From: Squalus acanthias
Taxonomy: Eukaryota
Reading direction: 5' to 3'
Assembly: GCA_030390025.1 (NCBI GenBank)
Contig: CM059432.1
Coordinates: forward strand, 25,298,001 to 25,362,000
Length of the DNA: 64,000 nucleotides
Shown here: piece by piece, positions 1-11,345 of the stretch
How positions within the stretch are numbered: the first letter of the stretch is position 1
How the letters are laid out: each line of letters opens with the position of its first letter
Translations under genes and position numbers: made by a program
The notes under the pieces: generated by a model
Told to the model about the DNA's origin: nothing
The model's input: only the letters and a program-made list of their open reading frames with translations
The model's database searches: none

Positions 1-702
1 ACTGGGAATCAAATCTAGGATACTCCTGTTCTCTATCACTCAGTACCACACTAGGCAGTACATTTACCAATGGAGTCACGGGTAGCTCTGATGTTCCATC
101 TTCTCAGCTACCCCTACTGATAGGTTGACAGGAAACAGAATTAACGACCAAACACAGAAGAAGATCTTTAGGCCATTTTTGCCTGCACTTAATTTAAACC
201 CCTCCCTGAGGCCGATTTTACACAGGCCCACTTTCCTGCACTCTATAGACGATTTCCAGTGACATCAATTTGTTGTTAGTGCTGGACAGATGGCATAAAA
301 GTAATTATCTCCTCAAAAATGTTTCTACCACTCATTTCTTCATCTCCGGAGAGCTGGGCATTGCCATTTGTTACTACTAAAGACGCGTCTACAGCGAGTT
401 TCCTTTGATCTCTCTAAAGAGTTCTTTGTCACATCAGTTTATTCAAACAGTAAAGACAAATGAAGTAATGCAATAAATAAATAATAAACTGTAAAATGTT
501 TTAAAAGCACTCACAGAAATATTTTGTGTTCAGTTGGGATTCCTTCATGGTATCATGACTTACACGAGCCCAGAATGGATCAGCAAAGGCACTCTAGGCC
601 TACTGAGCTGACATGAGGAGTGTTGTAGGTTTAAAAGTAAAAACAGGGCTGTTTAAAAACAGAGGCACAAGTACTTAGTTGATTCAAAAATAAAATAAGT
701 GG

Positions 703-810
703 TGAGCTTCCCAGTAGCTCTGCTGGTTAAAGGCAGTGAAGAGCTGAGCTACACAACCAAGAAAGTCCTGTGTTTGATCCCAGGCCTCTGCTGAGTTAGC
801 TGCAGCAGCA
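703..810 (+). mobile_element. tRNA-derived SINE 5' fragment
   Basis: A-box-like TAGCTCTGCTGG and B-box-like GTTTGATCCC followed by TGCTGAGTTAGCTG; related minus-strand copies at 44105-44420 and 44920-45220. Confidence 0.55.
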
Positions 811-859
811 GCAGCCTACTTTCCCTTGCTGTGTGTGTCTCGAATTACCAAAGAGGAAA

Positions 860-1216
860 AGGCCTTTAAAATTATGAAAGCTTTTGATAGAGTAGATACA
901 GAGAGAGTGTTTCCACTTGTGAGGAAAAGCATAACTAGAGGCCATCAATATAAGATAGCCACCAAGAAATCAATAGAGAATTCAGAAGAAACTTCTTTAC
1001 TCAGAGAGTGGTGAGAATGTGGAACTCGCTGCCACAGGGAATAGTTGAGGCAAATAGTATAGATGCATTTAAGGGGAGGCTAGATAAGCATATGAGGGAG
1101 AAGGGAACAGAGGGTTATGCTGATAGAGTTAGATGAGGAAGGATGGGAGAAGCCTCGAGTCGCGCATGGACTGGTTGGGCCGAATGGCCTGTTTCTGTGC
1201 TGTATATCCTATGTAA
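860..1216 (+). mobile_element. CR1 LINE 3' fragment
   Basis: FKIMKAFDRVDTERVFPL...TRGHQYK ORF2 C-terminus, then 3' UTR GGGCCGAATGGCCTGTTTCTGTGCTGTA. Confidence 0.85.
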
Positions 1217-1544
1217 AAGAAGCGCAGACAGAAGAAAGAATGTCCGTCTGCTAAGACTACACCCTCAACTTTCCCATGTCAGTTTTGCAGTAAAATATGT
1301 CTACTGTGATTGGTTTACAAAGCCATCTAAATGTCCATCAAAGATGCGGCCAATCTTGTTTTTAAACTGAGAAACAATCATTCTCGATTATCTAGGGATT
1401 GACAAGACTGTGTCTGGGTTAGAGAGGAGAAAATCTGAAAAATTCCTCCCGCTTTAACTATCCAACATCCCGTGCTGCAATCATCCATGTGTGGACATCG
1501 GGCAAGAATAGGATTGCGCTCAGCTGTGATATACCTGTGGTTAG

Positions 1545-1862
1545 TTAAGGGTATGGTAGCTTGGTGGTTATGGTGCTGGACGAGCAACCGAGAGGTTGAG
1601 TTTAAATCCCACCATGGCAAGTTGTGATCTGGTAATTTGGGAGCTAGTACCAGAAAATAACCTTTAATGCTACCAGATTGTCATAAAACCCAACTGGTTC
1701 ACTAAAGTCCTTCAGGAAAGGGAACCTGATACCCTTACCCAGTCTGGCCTACACGGGACTCCAGTCTCACACTACGTGGTTGACTCTTAATGCCCTCAGA
1801 GCAGCTAGGGATGGACAATAAATACCGCCTTGTTAGTGCTGCCCATATCCCAAGAACAAACA
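1545..1862 (+). mobile_element. tRNA-derived SINE with a 3' tail shared with LINE family B
   Basis: GAGTTTAAATCCC B-box-like head; tail CTAGGGATGGACAATAAAT...GCCCATATCCC matches the LINE end at 35281-35340; second copy at 61825-62290. Confidence 0.7.
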
Positions 1863-1910
1863 AAGATTTTTTTTAAAGCTCCTTGGGGCAGTTATAGAAA
1901 TTGTGACATT

Positions 1911-2057
1911 AAATTTCCATGGAGATTCTCCCAATCATCAGTCGTAAATTTGGAAATCCTGGAGAGCAGCATAAGCACCATTTACACCATTTCTCAGGAT
2001 TCGGGGAATTTTCTGCCAAAGTTACGGCAGACCATCGGGTGAACCCCCGTGGAAATT
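1911..2057. mobile_element. Mini-MITE (short fold-back element)
   Basis: AATTTCCATGGAGATTCTCCCAAT vs ATCGGGTGAACCCCCGTGGAAATT inverted ends; shares core ATTTACACCATTTC with 8068-8200. Confidence 0.6.
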
Positions 2058-2159
2058 ATTGATAATTATTTTTTGTACGCAAATAAGCATTACCCATTTA
2101 CGCTACTACCTCACTCCCTCCCCTGAGATTGGAGTCATGTCTTCATCACCAGCCCCTGG

Positions 2160-2385
2160 CCTTGCCAAGCTCCATTGGCTCCCTGTTCTGCAACAGATGG
2201 AGTTAAATGTTATTACTCATGTTTGCAAATCCCTCCACAGTCTGTCTCTTTCCTATTGGAGTTATCACCTTCAAACTTCTGCAATTCTAATTCTGACTTA
2301 CTGGTTGTTCCCCATTCCCCCTGCCCCACCAGCAGTGTACGACCCTTCAATCACTCTGTCCCTGTCCTCTGGAACACTCTCCTTA
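2160..2385 (+). mobile_element. Degenerate L2 LINE 3' fragment
   Basis: LAKLHWLPV motif typical of the L2 ORF2 C-terminus. Confidence 0.55.
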
Positions 2386-3910
2386 GAATCAGAGAGTCAT
2401 AAAATTTGACAGCACAGAAGGAGCCCATTTGTCCATTGCATCTGTGCTGGGTCTCAAAGAGCTATACACTTAGTCCCATTCCCATGAAATTTCTTTTAAA
2501 AATATTTATCCATTTCCTTTTTAAAAGCTATTGTAGGTTCTGCTTCATCCATTGTTACTTGTTTTTTATTCATTTCTGGGGTGTGGGCGTCACTGGCAAA
2601 GCCAGCATTTATTATCCATCCCTACTGAGAAGACATTTCATAACCTAACAATCCTTTGCATTAAAATATTCTTCACATCTCCCCTCTCCCTATGTTCTTT
2701 TGGTGATGGTCTTAAATTTATGTCCTCTAGTTACCAACTCATCAACTAGTAGAAATAATTTTTCTCAATTTATCTCATCAAAGCCCCTCATAACTTTTTG
2801 AACACCTCTAACAAATCTCCTCTCAACCTTCTCTATTGTAGTGAAAAGAGCCCAAGGGGGAAAAATTCAGTTGATTAGCGCCTCCCGTAACGGGGTGCAA
2901 AGTAACTAGCGCCCGGGTGCGGCGATGTTTGCGCCGCTTGCGAAATTGACCAGACATTTTGCGGCGGTGCTAAACACTACCACCACGATTTCCTGTGCCT
3001 GCAGATCGTGACGTCAGTCGAGCGTGCAACGCCCTGGTAGCGCCCCGGACTGGATATTGAGTGGCGCCCCCTGCCTTTCTGCCTGCCCCTAGCAACGACA
3101 GGTAGAGGGGAACTTATTGCAGTCAGGAAGGGACTGGGGGAGCGCTATTTAAAGGCGGCCGCTTCCTGCCTTTTTTTGTCGGCGACATTTTTGCACCGCG
3201 CATTCTGAGAGAGAGAGACTTCTGGAGAGAATCAATGTTGTGTGAAGGATTTTTGGGTACTGAGCAGCACTTTGCAGGTTCATTTTGATTTGACCTTCCT
3301 TGCATCGATTTAGAAGAGACTATGAGGGCTGCACTCTGAGCTCTTTCCCTGGGGATCTCCATTGTTCTTTCCAGCAGAATTGATGTACAGGTCTCTCCAG
3401 GCCGAGATTCAAGGCTGCAATGAACAGGGTGTGGCTGGACAGCAAGATCGACCCTCCCCTTTAAGAACTGGCCGGCATCAGTGTGTCTGTGTTCCATTGC
3501 TGACTGACGTCACATGAGCTTCGCCAGCGCTCTGAGGTAGCGCCTCACTCCTCGGCGTTAGTGCCTTAAGAGAGGTGTGTAGCACCTGATTTAGTGCTCA
3601 AATCACCTCCAGGGGCAATAGAGGCCAAGTTTGCAGTTGGAGGCGATAATTAGCGCCAGGCGCTAAACTTTGCGCCCGGCCGATAATGGCGCCCCAAACG
3701 GGGTGATACCGAATTTCTCCCCCTTTTTTCATAATTAAAGCTTATCATTCCTTATTTTATCTCAGTGAATGTCTTCTGTACCCTCTCCATGATCTTATCA
3801 TCCTTTCTAAAGTATAGTACCCAAGACTGGACACATTATTCTAACTGAGCCTAACTGATGATCTGTATAGGATTAGTCTTAGTTTTTGTACTTTAGGATC
3901 CTACATGCTC
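2386..3910 (-). mobile_element. Degenerate CR1 3' portion interrupted by a MITE
   Basis: Reverse CR1 tail (AGAATCAGAGAGTCATA...CAGCACAGAAGGAG) and CR1-like sequence on both sides of 2856-3723. Confidence 0.7.
2856..3723. mobile_element. PIF/Harbinger-type MITE (family A)
   Basis: TIRs GGGGGAAAAATTC / GAATTTCTCCCCC; colinear with 62339-63231; repeated subterminal AGCGCC motifs; no clear TSD. Confidence 0.85.
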
Positions 3911-4389
3911 TTCACTCCACCTCGCCAACTTCTTCAGTGATTCCTTTGGTTTCCCTTTAATTCCTCTTGATGTCCCCTCTTTCCTAATTGCTTAGCACCT
4001 TGAGAAGTTCACCTGGGTTAGGGATGCTGTACAAATGTAAACTGTGATATAAATACAGGTGTGAAATATTTCTTACCAACATTGCTAATGCAGGTGGAAT
4101 AGTCTTGTTAATGAGTGGTTTTGTGCTCACCAAACAGAGAACTCATTTGTTTTTGTCCAGAATATATGTAAAGTTCCTGGTAAAGGTGGTTAGGGCTTCC
4201 TGTTAGCCAGTGGAGGAAATTAATCTCAGATGATCTAAACCAGATATTGCATCAAAATTCAAATGAGGAAACCTCATTATTTGAGGACAGTTTGTGAAAG
4301 TTTAATCCAAGAGAGAAACTGGAGAGAGTAAGAAAATATCTCCCTGTATCTGTACTTGGTTAATCTTTGTCTCAGAGTGGAGAAAGAAG

Positions 4390-4550
4390 GCAGAGGGAGA
4401 AATAAAAAAGAGAAATATAGAGAAAGGCAGAAAGAAAGGAGAGAAAGAAATAGTTGCAGATTGAGAATGTAAGTGGACAGGGAAAAGAGAATAAAACTGG
4501 AGAGACAGTGAAATGAGTCAAGACAAGGAGACAGTAAGGGAGAGAAAGAG
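4390..4550 (+). repeat. GA-rich low-complexity tract (left part)
   Basis: Strongly purine-biased; continues at 7650-8050 after the L2 insertion. Confidence 0.8.
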
Positions 4551-7500
4551 AACAACAACAACAAAAACTTGTATTTATATAGCGCCTTTAATGTAGTAAA
4601 ACGACCCAAGTCACTGCACAGGAGTATTATAAGACAAAAAATTTGACACCGAGCCATATAAGGAGAAATTAGGGCAGATGACCAAAAGCTTGGTCAAAGA
4701 GGTAGGTATTAAGGAGTGTCTTAAAGGAGGAAAGAGAGGTAGAGAGGTGGAGAGGTTTAGGTGGGGAATTCCAGAGCTTAGGGACTAGGCAACAGAAGGC
4801 ATGGCCACCAATGGTTGAGCGATTATAATCATGGATGCTCAAGAGGGCAGGATTAGAGGAGCACAGATATCTCGGGGGGTTGTGGGGCTAAAAGAGATTA
4901 CAGAGATAGGGAGGGGCGAGGCCATGGAGGGATTTGAAAACAAGGATGAGAATTTTGAAATCAAGGCATTGCTTAACCGGAGCCAATGTAGGTCAGCGAG
5001 CACAGGGGTGATGGGTGAACAGGACTTGGTGCAAGTTAGGACATGGGCAGCCGAGTTTTGGATGACCTCAAGTTTACGCAGGGTAGAATGTGGGAAGCCA
5101 GCCAGGAGTGCGTTGGGATAGTCAAGTCTAAAGGTAACAAAGGCATGGATGAGGGTTTCAGCAGTGAATGAGCTGAGGCAAGGGCGGAAATGGGCGATTT
5201 TACGGAGGTGGAAATAGGCGGTCTTAGTTATGCCGCGGATATGTGGTTGGAAGCTCATTTCAGGCTCAAATATGACACCAAGGTTGCGAACAGTGTGGTT
5301 CAGCCTCAGACAGATGTTAGGGAGAGGGATGGAGTCAGTGGCTAGGGAACGGAGTTTGTGGCGGGGGCCAAAAACAATGGCTTTGGTCTTCCCAATATTT
5401 AATTGGAGAAAATTTCTGCATATCCAGAACTGGATGTCGGACAAGCAGTCTGTCAATTAGAGACTGCGGAGGGGTCGAGAGAAATGGTGGTGAGGTAGAG
5501 CTGGGTGTCGTCAGCGTACATGTGGAAACTGACGCTGTGTGTTCGGATGATGTCGACAAGAGGCAGCATGTAGATGAGAAATAGGAGGGGGCCAAGGATA
5601 AATCCTTGGGGGACACCAGAGGGAATGTTGTGGGAGTGGGAAGAGAAGCCATTGCAGGTGATTCTCTGGCTATGATTAGTTAGATAAGAATGGAACCAGG
5701 TGAGTGCAGTCCCACCCAGCTGGACGACGGTGGAAAGGCTTTGGAGAAGGAAGGAGTGATCAACTGTGTCAAAGGCTGCAGACAAGTCAAGAAGGATGAG
5801 GAGGGATAGTTTACCTTTGTCACAGTCACAAAGGATGTCATTTGTGACTCTGATGAGAGCCGTTTCGGTACTGTGGCAGGGGCGGAAACCTGATTGGAGG
5901 GATTCAGACATGGAGTTGTGGGAAAGATGGGCACGGATTTGGGAGGCGACAACACGTTCAAGGACTTTGGAGAGGAAAGGGAGGTTGGAGATTGGGCGGT
6001 AGTTTGCAAGGATGGAGGGGTCAAGGGTTGTTTTTTTGAGGAGAGGGGTGATGATGGCATATTTGAGGAAGAGGGGGACAGTACCTGAGGAGAGAGAACC
6101 GTTAACAATGTCAGCTAACATGGGAGCCAGAAAAGGAAATTAGGTGGTCAGCAGTTTGGTGGGAATAGGGTCGAGGGAGCAGGAAGTGGGTCGCATGGAC
6201 AAGATGAGCGCAGAGAGGATATGAGGGGATTTCGAAGAGAAACTGGAGAAAGATATGGGCCTAGAAATTCCGTTCCCTATGGGTGGGTACGCGCTGTGTA
6301 CTCACCCGTAGGGCCAACGGAAGTGCCGGTTTTACGCATGCACTGCGCATGCGCTGGAAACCGGAACTTCCGTTCTCTGCAGAAAGGGCTTGACTGGACA
6401 AACGCCTGCGCCGGATAGGCCGCCCTTATGTTAAAAACTTCCGTTTTTTTCCACACTGGCTTGAGTCCAGGTAAGTTGGGAACAGCTGCTCCTAGAAAAG
6501 CAGGTGCAAGGCCTGCTTTTAGCAGGCTAATAGTTTAATAAAGTAAAAAAAAAAAAATTTCCACTGATTTATCATTTTAAAATACTTTAAAGAAAGGTAA
6601 GTTTATTTTTAGCCCCGTTAAAAACTTTAATTATTTTTTTCAAAAATTTAAATTTTTGATTAAAATAGTTAATTTTATGTAATTTATAGTCATTTTAAAA
6701 ATGTGATGTTTTTTAAAAATTTATTTGAAGTTTTACTTATGTTTCGGGGGTCATCTCTATTCATAGATTTGACAGGTCTTCCTGTCAAATCTATGAATGG
6801 AGATTCCCTGCTCTGATTGGCTCCCCATGACCCACGTGATCCCAGGGATGCTGCGAACTAGCTTCGCCCCTGGGATACACGTGCCCTGCACACCGGCAGA
6901 TTGAAGAGGCACAGCAACGGAAGTGAGCGCGTCCCGGGAGCCCTCCGGTCCAAGCGGAGATTTTTCCGAATCGCAGCCCTCCGCCCACGGGAGGGCTGCG
7001 AATGGAATTTCTGGGCCATGAGTTCAGGGCTAGGGCGGGGGGGGAACCTTAGAGGAAGTTTGGCCCAGTGGACATGGGGAAGGAAGGGAAGTGGCAGAGG
7101 CAGCTGAATGGATGGTCTCAATCTTAGAGACAAAGAAGTCCATGAACTCCTCACACTTGTTGTCGGAGGTGAGGGTGGAGGAGCCAGGGGAGAGGGGTTT
7201 AAGAAGAGAGTTAGCAGTGGAGAATAGAAGCCGGGCTTTATCTTTGCATTCCAGAATGATTCTAGAATAGTGTGTAATTTTGGCAGATGAGAGCAGGACC
7301 CGATAATGCTTTATGTGGTCCAGCCAGATCTGGCAGTGAATGGCTAAACCAGTTGTCCGCCATATCTATTCAATCTGCATCCCTTGGACTTAAGGGAGCG
7401 AAAATGAGGGCTGTACCAGGGGGAATGGCCAGGGTAAGAGAGAGTAATTGTTTTAATGGGGACTAGGTCATCAAAGGTGGTGGTGAGGGTGTGGTTGAGC

Positions 7501-7650
7501 AGATCGGTATCTGTGGAAATGTTGTGGTGAATGGAGGGCCAAAGGCTGGACAGTTGGGATTTCGTAAGTGCAGTTGTAAGAGAGTTGGGAGAGAGTTTTT
7601 TCCAGGGGCGGACACAGAAGGAAGTAGGGTTGAAGGCGGCGGGGGGGAGG
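4551..7650 (-). mobile_element. L2-clade LINE, 5'-truncated, disrupted ORF2
   Basis: NYRPISNLPFLSKVLE, QSGFR..HSTETAL, LDLSAAFDTVDH, GVPQG, YADDTQLY, LHWL; (TTG)n tail; approximate TSD GAGAGAAA(A)GAGAAC. Confidence 0.93.
6258..7017. mobile_element. Harbinger-type MITE inserted in L2
   Basis: TIRs GGCCTAGAAATTCC / GGAATTTCTGGGCC; perfect 3-bp TSD ATG. Confidence 0.9.
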
Positions 7651-8050
7651 GAAGAGAGAAAGAGAACCATAATGAAGAAAAGCATTAAACGGTAAAAGAG
7701 AAAACAAAGAAAGGACAAATCGAGAGAGGGTGAGAGAGAGGGAAAGTACAGAAAGGCTGAAAACAAAACAGAAAGGAAGAAAATACAAAGATAGGGTTGA
7801 GACATAGGATCAAATGGGTGAGAGCAAAAAAAAGATGAAGAATGGGAAAAGAGAGAGGACAGAATGGATGAGAGCAAAAAAGAATTGATGAACAGACAAA
7901 GAGGAAAAGAGGACAGAGAGGCAGAAGTACAGAAAGAGATAGAGCACAGAGAGGGAAAGGGGAAAAAAACAGGCTAGAGAGAGAAATTGGTGAGGAACAG
8001 AGAGAGGAAAGAGTGGACAGAGAGAAAGGGACATAGAGGAAAACAGACAG
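7650..8050 (+). repeat. GA-rich low-complexity tract (right part)
   Basis: Purine-rich; produces the F/S/L-rich minus-strand ORFs. Confidence 0.85.
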
Positions 8051-8067
8051 GAGTAGTTGAAACATTG

Positions 8068-8200
8068 GGGTCTGAGATTCCGTCAGGGTTCTATCAGTAT
8101 CAGCATAACTCCAGCAGCAAAACACCTATTTACACCATTTCCGAGTCAGTTTCCCTGGTCTCCTACTGGAGTTACGATGAGAGACTGAAATTTCAGAGCC
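8068..8200. mobile_element. Mini Harbinger-type MITE
   Basis: Ends GGGTCTGAGATTCC / GAAATTTCAGAGCC flanked by TTG on both sides. Confidence 0.65.
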
Positions 8201-9466
8201 TTGGTGTTTTTCTTTAAAATGACTCCCGCCAGAAACGGGAAGTTAGATCATTAAGTCTCTGTACAGTGATTATGTCTTGTGCCCTGCAGCACTTTATCAC
8301 CAAATGTAAAGTCAATGTCATGAATGAAAGTGTGAAAGCAGTGTTAGCATGAATTCTTTAAAGCAGGATTATACAGACACAAATAATGCTGGTGACAATT
8401 GACAGTGGAATACATTTATCTATGAAAGCACTAGATCCCAAGAGATTGTTCAGCCTGTTCCTAATCAAAACCTCACCATGAATCCCACCAAAATTGCTTT
8501 CAAATTGTATTACTTTTTTTTTAAACAAATCTACTTCATCACCGTCTCTTGCTGTTAAAGGGCAATTCATCTCTATTTAAATTGAAAACTATGGTAAAAT
8601 TCAAACATTTTTTCTTTATAATCAGAATTTTCTGACTGCACCTTTGAACTTTGTGCAGATGGCAGGTTGGAAATTCAGCCCTCGGATGTTACAATTGCTT
8701 GGTCTTATTCCATTACATTCTCCCTTTAACTTCCAAGAAAGCTATCCACAGTAATACATAACCTCCTGTGCCTCCTTCAGCCATGCATCCGAAGTTGGAG
8801 TCATAGGGGGCCCTCATGTTTAAGCTATAGTTCTCCTGGAAATTAGGAGATCATATCGATCGAACCTGGGTCTGCTCCTTGGCCCTGGTCCTCACTCACT
8901 GAGGATTGTCAAGGTGAGAGACATGGCTGGAAAAACATTCCTTTCACTCCTCTGTACTGTAGAAACTGATTGATATGCCATTTAAAATATGATTGCAAAA
9001 TTATTTTGCAAGTTTATCAGCTATTAATTCTCAGTTAATTATTAGTAACATCCTATATTTCACGTAAAAAAAGGCAGCCAACAATCTTCTCCGATGGAGC
9101 AGTGGGTAACATCCAACAAAGCTGATGCAGCACCAACCCCTCCCCTCCTCAACAAGCTGACAAATCGAGTCCATGAAAACAAGCAGTTCCACATGCTTTG
9201 TAGCTCAAAGAACTTACATTTATATAGCACCTTCTTGACATCTCAAAGCACTTCACCGCCAATTAAATACTTTTGAAGTGTAGTCGCTATAGTAATGTAG
9301 GCAGCAGCCAGGTCCCACAAACAGCATTGAGATAAATGACCAGATAATCCATTTTTTTTGTGGTGATAGTTGATCGATAAATGTTGACCAGGACACCTCC
9401 ACTGCTCTTCTTTAAGTATGAGAAGTCGCACAACACCAGGTTATAGTCCAACAGATTTATTTAATT

Positions 9467-9504
9467 TTACAAGCTTTCGGAGCTATCGCTCCTTCGTCAG
9501 GTAA
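9467..9504 (-). ncRNA. Putative minimal hammerhead ribozyme
   Basis: UUAC-CUGACGA-A-GGAGC-GAUA-GCUCC-GAAA-GC-UU-GUAA on the minus strand. Confidence 0.65.
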
Positions 9505-9702
9505 GTTAGCAATGAGAGAATCTCCCAGAATTCACAATTTAAACCCAGACAAAATCTATTCACATTATTCGCTACAACAAAGAGCACAGCCAAGACAATG
9601 AGATGTGTCCCAGGGGGTCCAGCTCTTTGTTGTAGCGAATAATGTGAATAGATTTTGTCTGGGTTTAAATTGTGAATTCTGGGAGATTCTCTCATTGCTA
9701 AC

Positions 9703-9740
9703 TTACCTGATGAAGGAGCGATAGCTCCGAAAGCTTGTAA
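9703..9740 (+). ncRNA. Putative minimal hammerhead ribozyme
   Basis: UUAC-CUGAUGA-A-GGAGC-GAUA-GCUCC-GAAA-GC-UU-GUAA: core boxes, 5-bp stem II, 4-bp stem I. Confidence 0.7.
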
Positions 9741-10589
9741 AATTAAATAAATCTGTTGGACTATAACCTGGTGTTGTGCGACTTCTCATTTTTGTCCACC
9801 CCAGTCCAACGCCGGCATCTCCACATCATGACTTCTTTAAGTAGTGCTGTGGAATCTTTTACGTACACCTGGGAGGGCAGACAGAGCCTCAGTTTAATAC
9901 TTCACCCAAAAGATAGCATCTCTGGCACTGCAGCACTGCCTCAGTACTGCACTGAAGTGTCAGCCTAGATTATGTACTCAAGTCTCTCGAGTGGGGTTTA
10001 AATGACCTTCTGACTCAGTGGTGAGAATGCTGCCTTTGAGCCACAGCTGACATCTATCCTGTGAGTGTACACAATAGCCATGAAATTCCAATTTAGTCCC
10101 AGGCAGAAACCAAGCAGAACTCCTGAATGGGAGTTGGAAATGGAGCAGATCATGGATTCCACATCATATTATCAGGATAGCCATTTTACAATGGTGGGGG
10201 GAGGGGGCGGGTGGGGAGAAGAGAGGGGGCGAGGCCCGCATTTGTAAATCACCCAGTCCATCCAGGGATGGATTCTGGGCCTCTCCGCTCTTCAGCTGGC
10301 AGCTTGGCTCTATTGGAATTTTAGGCCCAACATTCCTTCATTTGTATTGGAGGGTAAAAAAAGCATAAGTACATGAAAAGCTGCAGAAGGAAATAGGTAA
10401 AGCATTACTAGGGGGATTTGGGTGGCATGTTAACCCAGGAAATGTTGAATTCTTACTTTAAAAATGATATATTCAGGTTCATTTTAGGCATGTTTCTATT
10501 TCAAAATTAATAGATTTCTTAACTTGTACAATAAAGGAAAGGAAAGCAAAGTGACATTTTCGTTATTCCTCAGTGCAACCAGAACATAC

Positions 10590-10700
10590 GTTCTTACATT
10601 ACAACAGTAACTACACTTAAAAATGTACTTTATTGGCTGTAAAGCACTGTGGGACATGTGGAGGTCATGAAAGGCGCTATGTAAATGCAAGTCTTTCTTT
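10590..10700 (+). mobile_element. SINE/L2-type 3' tail fragment
   Basis: TACATTACAACAGTAACTACACTT...GAAAGGCGCTATGTAAATGCAAGTCTTTCTTT. Confidence 0.75.
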
Positions 10701-10899
10701 CGTTAAAAGGCTACACCCCCTCCCGCACTTCCTTGGCTCAGTCAGTTTGCAAATGCCATCCAAATGCCCATGCTTTCATAGTGACCCTCTTCTCCTCCAC
10801 CTCATAATAATAGTCTTGTCCATCTTCCCTGTCAATTCAACCAGAACTTTGCTCTCCCTCTAATCCAGTTAATCCGATACTCTTCTTCCATTCCCCTGG

Positions 10900-11345
10900 T
10901 TCGAGCTGGCACTCTTCCCTCCCCTTTAGAGTTGAAGCTGACATTCTTTGTCCCCTCCCAGTTCATGCTAGCAACCTCCCTCCTCATTACCCCTCAATTA
11001 AAGCTGGCATTGTCCTTCCTTCCCCATCCAGCTTCTCCCTCTCCCCTCCCCAAGCAGCACTCCTGCTTCTGTCCCTTCCCTCTCCCTTTCATTGCCATCA
11101 ATTTCCCACTTTCTTTCCCTTCATTTCCCCTTTTAATGCATTTCATTTGCCCGCTCTCTTCACTTTCATTGCCATCCATTCGCTTTCATTGCTTTCCAGT
11201 TCCCCTTTCACTGCCATCTATTTCCTTTTTCATTTTCACTCATTCTTCTCTTCATTGTTATCTATTCACCCTCCACTTTCCCATACCAGCCACCCCCCAC
11301 CCAACCTCTCCCACCCCCCTGTCATTTTTCACTGCTATGCATGCC
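10900..11345 (+). repeat. CT-rich low-complexity tract
   Basis: Pyrimidine-rich with recurring CTTTCATTGCCATC-like units. Confidence 0.75.

Larger units (their letters stand above)
9419..9831 (+). mobile_element. Penelope-like fold-back insertion (inverted pLTR + tail), non-coding
   Basis: 168-bp inverted arms 9418-9585 / 9622-9789 with one mismatch, 42-nt tail, 12-bp TSD CTTCTTTAAGTA. Confidence 0.8.
9205..10050 (-). mobile_element. DeuSINE-type SINE (AmnSINE1/SacSINE1-like) interrupted by a hairpin element
   Basis: CTCAGTACTGCACTGAAGTGTCAGCCTAGATTATGTACTCAAGTC...CTTCTGACTCAG head region; L2-like tail ACTTACATTTATATAGCACCT. Confidence 0.8.

Noticed and set aside
7344..8125. Hydrophobic F/S/L-rich ORFs as membrane proteins (also 4277-4657 and 10932-11357)
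   Set aside because: Translations of low-complexity purine/pyrimidine tracts
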